A DNA stretch of 64,000 nt, taken from assembly GCA_964270895.1 (NCBI GenBank), contig OZ185450.1; one strand, written 5' to 3'. The notes under the pieces were generated by a model that was not told where the DNA came from, did no database searches, and saw only the letters and a program-made list of their open reading frames with translations. This stretch comes from Podarcis filfolensis (Eukaryota). Below are positions 25,626 through 38,527 of this stretch, piece after piece. Within the stretch, counting starts at the first letter, position 1. Each line of letters begins with the position of its first letter. Made by a program: the position numbers and the translations under genes.

Positions 25626-26660
25626 ATGACAGGCTACCTTGCAAACACATGAAATGTTACCCCGCCACAAAATGTAGTGGTGGCCTTGATGGCCGCTGGT
25701 GCTTCTGAAACTGAATCGGACAAATTCATGGAAGAGGAGGAAGACGAGATCTAGTAAATTAGTTGTACTTAACATTTACACAGACAGCACCTTCCAATCC
25801 TCAAAGTTCTCACAGGCATCTAGTTTTAATCCTCACAACCACCCTTTAAAGTTAGGAATAAACATCCCCCATACTGCGGATGGAGGAAAGAGAGGCAGGG
25901 CAGACTGCCATGCAAGTCTGTTAATGGCCATAAGTCACACTGGCTAAAGGACACACACACACCAGTTGCTGAGGGACACCTTTTATCCACTGCTTGTGGA
26001 CTGGATGGCCTGATACACAGGGCTTCCTCTTAGATGCTAGATAGCGAAGAAAGTTAACAGGACTGTAGGAGTTACCAGCTTGTAAGCAGGGTGGCTGATC
26101 TCTGATAAGTCCTGCCATAGGGTGGAGGCAGGGATGCTAGGCTGCCAACTTGTTTTTTAATGCAGCATCAATAGTGACACAGTACAGGGCAGAGAGTATA
26201 AAATAAAGAGGCAGCCAAGTGAGAGGGAAATGGAAATTGTGCATGAATGCAGTGATGTATTTTGGTTTTATTTATTTATTTTCCATTTACTTCCAACAAT
26301 TTGTGTGCTGTTTAATGACAGCTATTTCTAAGTGTTGCACAAGAGACCCAACACAATAAAGGCTAGAAAGCAGTTAAAACTGTAAAATCAGAATTCAATT
26401 TAAAAGTCTGCTGGAGTTTTTAAAAGAAGAATCCAGTAAGCACCAGAAGTTCAACATGGTGTGTGTGTGTGTGTGTGTGGCCTATGTGACCTCAAGTGGT
26501 CTGAGGACTTAAAGAACTAAGACAAGACCTTTCAAAAATAAAAGGAGGCAAGTTCTGAGCTCGATATATTGCAGCAAGAGGAGAACACATCACTGAGGTG
26601 CTCTGGGAGATTATTACAAGCAGAAAGGGGGAAATGGACAGAGTTATTTAAGACAACCTC

Positions 26661-26828
26661 CAGTGGCGTAGCATGGGTTGTCAGCACCCGGGGCAAGGCA
26701 AGTAATTTGCGCCCCCTAACCCGTGGATTCGCGCCCCCTAACCCGTGGATTTGCGCCCCTAACCCTAACCCCCAGATGTTGCACCCAGTGCGGCCGGGCC
26801 CCCCTGCACCCCCCACGCTACGCCACTG
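26661..26828. mobile_element. hAT-type MITE, 168 bp
   Basis: Perfect 12-bp TIRs cagtggcgtagc / gctacgccactg; perfect 8-bp TSD acaacctc (26653-26660, 26829-26836). Confidence 0.92.
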
Positions 26829-29800
26829 ACAACCTCGAACCTTTGTAGAGCTGACAGTGGTGGAGTTAGATGAGAAAAGCTCGTAGGTTGTGTGTGTGTT
26901 TGGCTCAGATAGGGGAAGAGAGGTCTTTTGGCCTCTTTTTAGCCCTGAGGACGAGCAGGAAGTGAGGTCCTTGGTGGAACTACAAAACCACCCAGACCTC
27001 AAATTCTACATGCTGCAAAATGAAAGCACAGTGCCTCAAAATAAAGTATACCATTAACTAATCAACCTGAAGCAGGAAAACGAAGGTAGACATATTCAGT
27101 TATGTCAAATCTGCACAATTCATTCCAGTTAAGGGAGTTTTGACCAATATGCCCTGAAAAAAATGGGTGCCTGGATTTGAGCACAGAGAACCTGACTGAA
27201 ATGAAGCAGGTGGAGGAAAGAAAGAGATAAAACGGATAGCTAAGGCAAGTTATCAAAGGATCTGCCGCCACCTGCTGGTTTATACAGTTTTTCAGAGCCA
27301 CAGTATGGCTGCAACCCACTCACCACCACAGCACGAAGAGGGATCTGTTTGCTCAGCTTGCACACACAGTGACACATGCAAGGAAGGTTTATTATTCCTA
27401 GTAAAGTGCAGGAATATAACATTGTCACAAAAAAAGCACCTGGCATAGTGAGTTATTTAGCAGGGATTTGAATACAATGCCCAAACAGTAAATTCACAAT
27501 CAAGTAATCCAAATTCTGCACCAAGGAAACAGAACATCAATCTTAAAATAAGCTTCTTTTCTGCAGTGAAGAGAGGGTGTTCTATTGCCCTCCATTTCGC
27601 CTGAGTGAGCCAGGCATATCCTCCAAACAAGTTCTCAAATCCACAGACACGATAGATAGGTTTTTTCTGGTAGGACATCGGTCGGAGCATCAACATTAAG
27701 AATCATATACAGAAATGTAATGATGATGCCTTGCTAGGCAGCAACACCCAAATTGGTTGCACTACCAAGGCAAATGGGGAACAGTGGCTTCCATCTACAG
27801 ACACTCATCATCCACAATGAATGGACACCAGCCATGCTGACATTTTCAGCTCAGAAATGGGTTTTATTTTCTACAACTAGGAAAACAACATTTCTAACAA
27901 TCTTCTCAGATAAGCAAAAACCATGGCCGCCTACTTTCACCAGCCTGAGTCCAGGGCAATGAGGGAAGTTAAGGAAAACTGATTTGTATCCAAACAGAGT
28001 AATCTGTTACCTGTGTTTGGCTAACAGGAGAAAGGAATTCCTTCAAAACAATGAGAGAATGCTGAGCAAATACCTTCTTTTCAAAAGAAGTCTCTTAGTA
28101 GACTTGACAGTAGAATGCCACTAGCAAAGTGTACATACAAATTGTGCTTTTATATATTAAACAACCATATAATCTTCTCAGCTCCAAGAACTCAGAATGA
28201 GGAAGGTCTTTTCCATATGGATTTTCAAAAACAAGAAGGCAGTTGTTGGCTGTACTGAAGTGGGATCCCTTCTCATTATAGAAAAGTTTCTTCCTTCTGC
28301 ATAGATGGATTCTGAAATGACCAGCATATCATGACTCAAAAAAACCCATGCATTTCAGTTTGTCAGGACATGGTCGCTTTTAAAAAATGACAGCAATTAT
28401 AACACAGTGACCTATATTGATAGTGAGCTATCAAGGGCCCAAGCCCTTGTATCATTGAAATGTAATGGCTAGAATGGTCAGAAATCTTAAAACAGGTACT
28501 AATTTTGAGATAGGAAACCAAGGGTTAACCTTTAAACCTTCACACCCAATGAGCTACAAACAAGTACCATACCCCAAATCTACACCTAATCCATACCACA
28601 AAGGGCCACTGTTAACACATTTTCCTTTGCTCAGTAGAGTCCACCATTTTCAGCTCCCTGTATTTCCACTCCTCTCTTTCAATAGCTTCCATATTAGTAT
28701 GGACCGACTTACATATATATATATCTGAAACTCCATGGGGGAAAGGCATAGCTTCCCCCTTCTCCAATCACTACTCCTCCATTCTCAGTCAACCTCCCCC
28801 CCCCAACTGCTTTGCAGCCTAAAAAAGGGATGTTGGGGTGCATTTGCAGGTGGTAGCAAGTAACACCTAGATTGGTCCAGAGCCTCAGTTACTTGATTTG
28901 GCTCTTGTCCGTTGGGTTCCTGGCTGGCACAGCAACCTACAATTCTCTGTTTCACAAGCCAAGTGTGTTGCTGCCTGTGGGTGTGCATAAAGAAACAGAT
29001 TGTGTAGCATTTAGGAACCTTGCTATAGCAAGTGACTGAAGTGCCATCATGTAACACCCAGCCAGCTTCACACCTCCTCTTGACATCACAAGTCACAAAG
29101 AAATCCCATTCAGAAGCAAACAAGAGTTCAGCCAAGAATCTTCTGTTATCCTCTTTGAATACACCATGTCTAAAGAAGTCTTTACACTGAGCTAATTAAA
29201 GAGAGAGAAGTAGGCAAGCTGAAACCCTTTAGCCATTCTGAGTAGCATTTGATCGTCTTGTCTCTTTCATTCCCACCCAGTGGCTACACAATCAAAAAGG
29301 AGGCTCGAGGGGCTGCACAGATAAGATGGGCTGGATCAGCTTCAAAGAAAGGATGCTCCTGCAGGTACCAGAACAGCAGGCAGCTACTAGGACATTCTGC
29401 TGAAAAAACATTTCCTGCTTTCGCCAACAAATCTGCATGAACAACTAACCTAATTACACTAGCAACCATGTTCCAAATTCAAATAATCTTATCTTTACCA
29501 ACCCATTCTAAGATCACACACATACGTGTTTTTAAGTGAACTCCATCATTCTGCAACCCTAACCCACCTGTTCATAATAAAGTTGTTCAGCTTTTGCTCT
29601 AGCTGCTTTTAACAACCAAATATGAACACTGAACACTTATCCTATCACCTGCTAAAACAGTGACTAAAACAGAAAGCAGGCTCTGTTCACCTAGGGTAGC
29701 CAACCATGTAATCTGGAATGACAGTGAAAAATGCAGATGCTTTTTGTTGTAATACCATTATCTAAATCACTGTATTTTCAGAGGTGGTTGTTGATAAATG

Positions 29801-30739
29801 AAAGTCACTTTTTATCCTGCATTGTTGAGTGGCACAATATAAGGGCTGCTACTGATAGGTAAATTTACATGATGTTACAGTCTTAAAAAGGGGTTCATGC
29901 CATCATTGGCAAGGATTCAAAAGACTATCTCATTTTAAGAGTGCAGAGGACTCTGTGCTTGTGTTTCTTGAACAGCACATGCAATGCAGCAAGCCGATTT
30001 TGAAGCTGTTGAGTATTTTTGCAGTGGAGCTGAGAAGCAGTTTGCAATAGTTCTAGGAAGAAAGGTCAGTGAGGCAGGGCTATTACTTAAGTTACCATCC
30101 ACTTACAGACATTCTCATTTCAGGGCAGGGTGAGGGGACTAGCCAACCATGTATCCTGTTTACAGTGGAATTCTGCTATAATAAACCATGAGAACTGGCA
30201 TTTTTATGTAGCAGGAACAGGCAGCTGCTCAGGACATTACCAAGATCTACCAAGAACAGTAACATAAAATAGCCTCCACAACCTGATGCCATCCCTGATG
30301 CTTTGGACTACAAATCTCATCAGCATCAGCAAATATGATTGTATGATGCTGGAGGTGATGGGAGTTGTCGTGCAAAATCTTTGGATGGCACCAGGCTGGC
30401 AACGGCTGCCCTAAAATTGGGCAGGGTGGTTAAGGGCTATGGAAGTAGTAGGAAGATGAGGTAGATACAGTGCACGGCAACAGTCCTATTTCTGCTCAAC
30501 ATCCAAGGGGTGGAAAAAGCGAGAGAGTAGCAGAGGACATGTCCTGCCTCATAAGCCCTACAAAAATCTAGAGCAAGTTCCAAAGTGCAGTTGTCTCAGA
30601 GGACAACTCCCTTGGCACCTGCCTACCACTAAATGTCTTGCTGTTCATACACGCTCCTGCTACGATCTTCAGGCAACACAAGGAGGGAGCTTAGCACCAA
30701 GATGAAACTGAGAAACAGAAGAGGCTCAGAGCCTGTTAC

Positions 30740-30830
30740 CTTCAGGTCTTCTCCTGCTGAAGGAGAGTTGAGGGGGCCAAACATCCTGCAGCACATTTCC
30801 TTCTCCTTCAGCATGTAATTTCTGTAACAG
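30740..30830 (-). CDS. FKBP6: FKBP6 exon 8
   Basis: 91 nt; [30 protein letters not shown], then a gtaaca donor; no stop. Confidence 0.88.
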
Positions 30831-33800
30831 CTGCAAAACAGGGCAAACTGTATGATCACAGGGTGTCCACCAGCCGAGTTTAAAAAACAACAAGGTCTTG
30901 AAATGAAGCCTGCCCAGAACTCAAGTGCTTCCTCAGAAATAGGAGGCAAACTGTTCCAGCACAGGCACAGCAGCTGCATCTGGCCACTTTTTGCCCTTAT
31001 TTCAATGCTCAAAACCCCCATCTCCTTCAGCATAGCTCACTGTGTACACAGCTTTGATGATGTCTGAAACAAAGGCTTCGCCAAACAAAAGTCAAACCCA
31101 GGATTTAGTCTCAACTGTAGAACATGGCCAATATGATTGAACTTAAGTTACAGTTATTCATGAACAGAGCAGCTCAGCAGCTGAGAGATCTTGCTTTATG
31201 CATGAAATTCCACAATACATTTTAATAGTGTTTATACCTATGCAGAACACCCGCCAAGTATGGAAGCCAGAGCTGCTCTTACTAAAACACTGCCAGAAAT
31301 CCATGTGTTCAGGACACGCAAGTCTCACAGATCCGCTGGGGATCTATTTCCAAACATGTTTCAGGGGGGCAGCTTTTGAGGACCAAGGAATTCCCCCTCA
31401 TGGCCTGTACACTTCCCAGTCCAGGGAAAGGAAACACACAAATGAGGGAGCAGAGGGTCAGGTGGCCTCAGCAAGCAGAGGTTTTGCCAGTCTTTTGCCA
31501 ATGAAGAAAGCCATCTTAAGTGAAGGATAAACATGGCCCAAGCTTCTCCTAACAGAACAGGGAAAGGCTGCCTGTCAAAGGACAGGCAAGGCAAAGCCAC
31601 AAAAGCTAGTTGCCTCCGTAAGGCATTCATTCAAGGAGAGCCAGGGAATTGCCTTGTTCTCCCTTCCCAGTACTGCCAAGGAAGGAGAACTCTATTCCCT
31701 CACACTCTACATACAGCACTGCCATGGTTTTGATAACCACACTTTTTTTCTGGATTAAACAGAACTCCTGAGGATGCTCCCAAAGGTGGAAAGGGGGTGG
31801 TACCCATGCACCTGAGGCTTGCCCCACTGCAAGGACATTGACCAGTTTACAGAGTTTGGGATTCAATACCCCTAAAAGCTTCCTGTGCTCCCACTTACTC
31901 CATCTGCTAGACAGTTTAAACATTATAAGAGTACAGAGGCTTCAACACCACAAGGAATAAATCTGGACAATTATATACAGAGAAAGCAGCTCACAGCTAA
32001 CTGATTATCCTACTTCAGTAAAGAAATAGCTCCCTCACCTGGCCAGCTTTTTCAATTCATTGTTAATGCAGTGGTTGAAGGGCTGCTGTTTTTGAGCTTT
32101 CACCAAAAAATCCCGAGCTCTCTCATACTCTGCCAGAGAGAAACATGCCTAGTAGACAAAAGAATCATTATTATTTTTTAATTTGGTATGCTGTTCCTCG
32201 GGGTGGGGGTGGGGGTGGAAATCCCAGCATGGCCACAAAGTTAACAACTAGCAAAGAGAAAACTCACCAGTACTAGCAATGTACAGAAAGCCCAGGAAAG
32301 GAAAAGCTGTGCATGGTCAGATGTGCACCTGGAAACTTAAAACTTGTTGAATCAACCACCCTAAAAAAATCCTGGCTGCCATCCCATAGATTGAATGTTG
32401 CAAGTAGAAGGGAGATCAAGTAGAGTTTTGAGTGGGAGGTGTGCCACAGTCTTATGCTGCAAGGGATACTGTGCTCAGCCTGGCAATGATAAACAAAACG
32501 TTCAAGGGAAGGAGTTGCAGAGGTGTTTGAAAGTGGAAAAGATTTTGCCGCAGAAAGTGCTTGCAAAGGCTAGATGGCCACCTGCATCTCCTCCACATTA
32601 GACTAAGTGGCCTCCAGGGTTTCTTCCAGGTTGAGGTGCTCTCATCCATTATTTTTATTGCCCCCCCCCCCATCAGGCATTTGAAACCTGGAAGACTAAG
32701 TCCACAGCTGCTCCTCCTCCTCACCTGAGCACACCTGAAGAGTGCTTTGGCATTCTTCTCATCCAGCTTCAAGGCCTTCTCTCCGTAGGCAAGGGCCCGA
32801 GTGGGCTGCTCCAGTTTCAGGTAAGTAAAAGACAAGTTCAGGAAGACCAGAATCTTGGCAGCATCAACTTTGACTTGCTCAGCTTCTTCAGCATTCACAC
32901 GGTGCAGCAGCGAAGAGGCCTAATCAGGGATCGCAAACAAGTGCTGTCATTTTATAGTCTTACACAAAACTTAGATTGATTGTTGTACACATTGGGCTGT
33001 GTGGATATTGACTTAGGAGACAAACATTTCCACGTAAGAAAAACACTATCAAGCAAAAGTATTCTCTCATTTGAGGGCCAGTTACATATTTACATTGTAG
33101 ATTTTGAAAAAAAATATGGGCAAAACTGTATTTTTTGCTTTAGGAATCTAAAGCAACTCTGATGGGAAAGCATGAAATAAGATTACAATGAACAATTAAG
33201 GTGGTTAAGTGACAATATAGTGCTTTTAAACTGTTCAACTAAACATTCTCTTCCATCAGATCACCCACTCCTTTCTCATTTTACATTTCAAAATAATTCC
33301 AGGAGGTGATCAATTCCCATCTCACATTTTGGGGGCAACACATTACAGCAGCCTTCATCAATCTGGCAGTCCTCCAGATGTTTTGAGCTACAACTCCCAC
33401 CAGCCCATTCAGCACACTCTGTCTTGGCCAGCTAACAAAGGAAGCAGGGTGAAGGAGGGAGTAAGTAAGTAAGTATAATATGCAAAGTTAAGTGTGCTGG
33501 CCAGGGCTGATGGGAGCTGTAGCCCAAAAGCTCTGGAGGGTACCAGACTGGTGAAGGCTGACCTAAAGAAGTTCTCTGACTTCTGGAGACCAGCCCTGCC
33601 CTTTGCTTGACCAGAAAGGACTACCAAGGTACAAATACTAGCATGATGGGGAATGGAAAATAATTGCAAAAGGCCCAAATTACCATAAATTTCCCCTTTG
33701 CATTACTTGTGACTCACTTGCCCCCACCCTTCTCATTTGCTTTACTTACCCGTTTGTATCTTTCTCTGGCATCCATGAACTGCTTCTGTCGGAAGAGGTA

Positions 33801-35141
33801 ATTGCCAAATTCCCGCTCAGTTTCAGCCACCTTCAGCACTTTCTGCAGTGGAAACTGGGCCTGTTGCTCCTGTGAAGAGAAGCCACAATCTGGTCATGGG
33901 GGTTAGTATTGCTGCATGCCACCCCAATGTTGCACACCGTCCCAATCTCTGAGTTCTGCAATATTCCAGGTATTCCAGGTTTCTTCAGAATGAGGGACAG
34001 CTGAGAATGTGGTGTCTGTATGATATATGGTTTATTTATACATATATACAATCTGAGCCTACAATGGAGGGGTTCACAGCAATAACACCCTTGAAGTTTT
34101 GCTTCTCTCAGTCACAGCCTTTGATTCAAATAGTAATCAGGCATAGCTCCATCTCCCAGCTTGGAGCCTAGCTTCTAGCTCACTCCCCATTCTGGCCTTT
34201 GTCTTTCTAATCTCCAGTGAGTTGTATGGTGCTTTATAGTATCTTTTAAAAACTGCTTGGTAACCATCTTTGGTGAAGGGTGGTACAGAAATCTCTTAAT
34301 AAAAATAAAGAAAAACTAGCAAACTTACAGGAGTCAGATTAAAGAACTGGTCAGATTCTGCTGAGTCCAGAAAGTCCAGAAGCTCAATCTCAAACAAGAC
34401 TGTGGCATTGGGAGGGATCAAAGGAGGGCAGCCCGCAGCTCCAAAAGCGTAACTTGGCTTGAACAAAAATCTTGCCAGCTCTCCTTTCTTCATTGTCAGT
34501 AGACCAATCTCCATTCCTCCAAGAGTGATGTCTGGGAATGCAAAAAAGAGCAAGGTTTATTTCTCAAATGTATGTACTGCAGTACTAAGTCATAGCGGAA
34601 GACATCATCCTTGATCCAAGGTACGATTCAGATTGGGCCTGACCCAGGACAATTTGGCCCCAACTCAGGCCCCCAGAAAAATCAAATCTTTGGATGCATG
34701 AAATCTGGAGAGCTATCCTGGCCTCCCTCTTAAAGGATCCCAAATAGTTTGCTTACTATCATAGAAACTAGGCATGAATGCACCTAACAAGTCCAGTTTT
34801 TATATTTAAGTGCTAGTGCACGCACACTATTTTATTATCTCATAGGACACATGGTCATTCTGGGCTTACCTTCACCAAGTTTCATGAGTCTATGATTCCT
34901 TCTGTAGCAGTTTGTGTCAAAGGGTCTGTCCATGTGTTCCAAGTAACCTGAAAATTTCACTGAGAAAATTAAAAGTTAGAGGAGAGTAAATCAGTTTCAG
35001 TTAGGAAGGTTGAACATAGTTTCTATTTTTATCCATAACAGACAACTACTATGTGTGCATCTGAAGAACTGTGAATGCACACGAAAGCTTATACCAAAAA
35101 CAAACTTAGTTGGTCTCTAAGGTGCTACTGGACCATTTTTG

Positions 35142-35192
<51 letters not shown>

Positions 35193-38100
35193 TACTGCAT
35201 CAGACCAACACGGCTACCTACCTGAATCTAGACAACTACTAGCAATCCTTGTTTCCAATAAACCATGCTGTATTGTCCCAGGAGCTTGCCGAGAGCACAT
35301 AAATTTCATCCATTACGGAAAAATTGCAAAATGGTGTAGCATTTGCTCAAGCTTTTTCAGGTTCTGTAATAGTCATCAAACTACATTTTCCTGCATTCAT
35401 TTAAAAATCTGAAGGCAAAAACCTAAGGGCTCCCCAGTAGCCTTAGAAGCTACTCACAGCAAAACAGTCTTTCCCAACCTGCTGCCTGGGTCCCATGGGA
35501 CTGATAGGAATGGTAGTCCATAACACCTGAAGGGCAGCAAGTTGGGGAATATTACATTAAAGTCTAAAGGACCTTTATGACAAAAGAGTACCTGCTTACT
35601 TCCACCATACTCTTGGGTGCTAAAAAGCACAAAACAACTTCAAACTGGGAGTTTGGGGTTGCTTATTACGGTAAATGGAAACCACAAACAAAATCTACAG
35701 TGTACATCCATGGAGATTTTAGGTCATTGGCTAAATACTTAATCCATTCTTGGCTAAAGTACTAATACCACTCTTATTTAAATGTTAACATTCAGATTCA
35801 GAAAGCCACCCTCAACATTGCTAGAATTAGCTTGTGAGGGAAAGTGCACAGGGAATCCTTCCACATAGTCCATATTAAATCACACATTAAAGTGCTTCTT
35901 GGGGGGTTATAAAGGGAGCTAATGGAAATCAATAACTTGTGGTATAAACCACTATTCAAATGTCAAACTTGATGGTGCCGATGTCAACTGAAAAGACAAG
36001 TTAACTTGTTAAAAGAACAAAATCCACTTTAATTTGTGCAAAGACCAAACTAGGCATGAACATGTCTAGTTTTTTTCTCATTTAAACAACAGAAATGTGG
36101 TGCAGAGTGCTCATCCTTTCCCCTTCATCAACATGGTCCTGATCCACATTCTCACACCCCAGCTCCTATTGGTCCCACAAGGCAGCTTTTGGCAAGAGGA
36201 GGGATTAACATCCAGGCCACAGCAGGAAAGGGGAAAGTGGCTATTCAATGCAATACTATGCATTTAGAGGGACTTACCCAATGCCTTGGTAAGCCTGCTT
36301 AACACCACAACCATAGACTTGTCAGCACAAGGTTCTTTTACCTAATATGGATGCATCAGGAGGCACCGTTTCACCAGAGCCAGCACGGATAATCTCTTTC
36401 AACACTCCATGGTCTCCAGTAACATCCTGCATCCGTTGACCCAGCCGGTGGTAAGGAGACTTTGGAAACAAGGGTATGGCAAAGCAAAATGTTATTTATG
36501 GACTGCTTAATGCCAAGACAGGCTTCTGTTGTATTATTAGCATTAATGTTGTATTATTAATATGGATTTCTTCAAATGTCTTTTTAAATCGGGTCGAAGC
36601 TCAGTGGCAGAGGACCTGCTTTGCTTGTACAGTGGTACCTCGGGTTACATACGCTTCAGGTTACAGACTCCGCTAACCCAGAAATAGTACCTCGGGTTAA
36701 GAACTTTGCTTCAGGATGAGAACAGAAATCGTGCTCTGGCGGTGCGGCAGCAGCAGGAGGCCCCATTAGCTAAAGTGGTGCTTCAGGTTGAGAACAGTTT
36801 CAGGTTAAGTACAGACCTCCGAAACGAATTAAGTACTTAACCTGAGGTACCACTGTAGAAGTTCCCAGGTTCAATCCCCAACAGGATCTTCCAGACAGGG
36901 TTGGGGAGTGACCTCCGAGTCTGAAACCCTGGAGAGCTAGTATCAGCCAGCCTAGATAACACTTGGCAGTACTCTGACTCAGTACAAGGCAACTTCCTAA
37001 TGAATGAAACTATTGCTTAAAGCCACAGCCTAGAATAAACAATGGAGCATTCTGACATATTTGATGGACTGATATATAAAAAACAGAAAAATAATACACC
37101 CTCACAGTGTAAATCATGCACTAAGGTAAAGGTAAAGAGACCCCTGACCATTAGGTCCAGTCGTGACCGACTCTGGGGTTGCGGCGCTCATCTCGGCTTT
37201 ATTGGCCGAGGGAGCCGGCGTTTGTCTGCAGACAGCTTCTGGGTCATGTGGCCAGCATGACTAAGCCGCTTCTGGCGAACCAGAGCAGCGCACGGAAACG
37301 ACGTTTACCTTCCCGCTGGAGCAGTACCTATTTATCTACTTGCACTTTGACATGCTTTCGAACTGCTAGGTTGGCAGGAGCAGGAACCGAACAACAGGAG
37401 CTCACCCTGTAGCGGGGATTCGAACCACCAACCTTCCGATTGGCAAGTTCTAGGCTCTGTAGTTTAACCCACAGCGCCACCCGCATCCCTAAATCATGCA
37501 CTACCCCTCTACAATTAGCTATAAAAATGTTATAAGTAAAACAGAAGCACCCATAAATCTCCCTATGATTTTGGAACTTGCCCACTGTTTTCCTCAGTTG
37601 CCAGAGGCCATTACATATATGCCTGCAAATATGAGTCTGGCAGAAACTGGAGAATGTGAGCAAGTGCTCACAGTGCTCATATAAGTGACAGCCAATGGGA
37701 GACATCCTTGGCCTCACTTGTGTCACAGAATGTTATTATACCTCCGATCCAAGAAATTGGAGACAGAAGGCTGTAGATCATTTCCTTTATGATGAATGCA
37801 GACTTGCAAATATTATGTAAACTAGCTTTGGCTGTTTTGGACTCTTACATAAATTCAAATTTAGCCAAAACTGCCAAAGGCAAACCTATATATACAGCAC
37901 ACTATATATTAAGAGACCTGCCTAAAGATATATTTATTGTTCATAATTCAACTTGAACAGTAGCATAAGCTCCCCCCCTTTTTTTAAGGAACACCTTGAT
38001 TTGCACTGGCTTTGGCAGTCCTTAGGGTACTGATATTTTGCTGCATTGGTTTGTTTTGCTTCTTACTAGTCCTCTCTTTCACAGCAAAGTTGTGCTTTTC

Positions 38101-38527
38101 ATTGAGTCCTACACTTGAAAGGGACTACCAAAGGTCATTGAGTCCAACCCCCTGCAATGCAGGTATCACCTATTGCTGTTGTTTCATTTCAGCAGGTCCC
38201 TCCCCTCAGGTTGCCCTGAGCTGCTAAGGTTGGTTGAGGCAGTAAAAGAGGAATTTCCCTTTCTTTCTCTCTCTTTTCCTTTTGAGGGGAAAATGTACTC
38301 CTCGCATGCTCAGACACAGCAATCAGTTGGGCTCTATCTTCGAAGGGGGAAGGCAGAAGCTGAAGGAAAGAGGTTCCATCCCTTTGTTGTTCTCCTCTCG
38401 GGTAGAGGGAGCGTCAGGAGGAACTCTGCTCATGCCCAGAGACACCAACGCTCACCATGAAGCCCCCCGCGCCGCTCCCGTCCCCCGCCTGCCAGCTCTC
38501 CTCCTGGCCACCGCCTCTCGGCTTCAT
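30740..38527 (-). CDS. FKBP6: FKBP prolyl isomerase family member 6 (FKBP domain + TPR; piRNA/meiosis HSP90 co-chaperone), C-terminus unresolved
   Basis: join(complement 38456-38527, 36342-36459, 34870-34959, 34329-34531, 33750-33869, 32725-32919, 32039-32148, 30740-30830) = 999 nt, 333 codons, all GT-AG with continuous phases and no stop. Motifs [57 protein letters not shown]. Confidence 0.93.
32039..32148 (-). CDS. FKBP6: FKBP6 exon 7
   Basis: 110 nt; [36 protein letters not shown]. Confidence 0.93.
32725..32919 (-). CDS. FKBP6: FKBP6 exon 6
   Basis: 195 nt; TPR segment ...[18 protein letters not shown]...[11 protein letters not shown]. Confidence 0.95.
33360..33552. mobile_element. fold-back MITE (ctacaactccc / gggagttgtag family)
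   Basis: Long imperfect inverted arms. Related copies near 8460, 12780, 17130, 30270, 35450, 42880, 49400, 61690 and 63380. Confidence 0.65.
33750..33869 (-). CDS. FKBP6: FKBP6 exon 5
   Basis: 120 nt; [40 protein letters not shown]. Confidence 0.94.
34329..34531 (-). CDS. FKBP6: FKBP6 exon 4
   Basis: 203 nt; [26 protein letters not shown]...FFNLTP. Confidence 0.95.
34870..34959 (-). CDS. FKBP6: FKBP6 exon 3
   Basis: 90 nt; [30 protein letters not shown]. Confidence 0.93.
35051..35230 (+). mobile_element. Penelope-like element terminal repeat with hammerhead-like core and (TA)n
   Basis: ctgaaga...cgaaagcttatacc, then aaacttagttggtctctaaggtgctactgga...cagaccaacacggctacctacctg. Confidence 0.75.
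36342..36459 (-). CDS. FKBP6: FKBP6 exon 2
   Basis: 118 nt; [39 protein letters not shown]. Confidence 0.92.
36591..37000 (+). mobile_element. tRNA-derived SINE (Squam3-like) interrupted by a mariner MITE
   Basis: gctcagtggcagaggacctgctttgcttgTA [MITE] TAgaagttcccaggttcaatcccc...ctgaaaccctggagagc...tctgactcagtacaaggcaacttccta. Confidence 0.7.
36630..36855. mobile_element. Tc1/mariner-type MITE, 226 bp
   Basis: TIRs cagtggtacct / aggtaccactg, TA TSD; sister of 12868-13093. Confidence 0.9.
37124..37489 (-). mobile_element. Sauria SINE, apparently full length
   Basis: (AAAGGT)n tail on +; 14-bp TSD taaatcatgcacta at 37110-37123 and 37490-37503. Confidence 0.93.

Noticed and set aside
26700-26775. 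CRISPR-like array or interstitial telomere
   Set aside because: Only about three adjacent units with no unique spacers, enclosed by hAT TIRs and TSD; too few CCCTAA units for a telomeric array.
32452-32724. ORF-track continuations past exon donors (also after TRIM50, NSUN5 and POM121 exons)
   Set aside because: Intron read-through; the protein similarity stops at clear GT donors.
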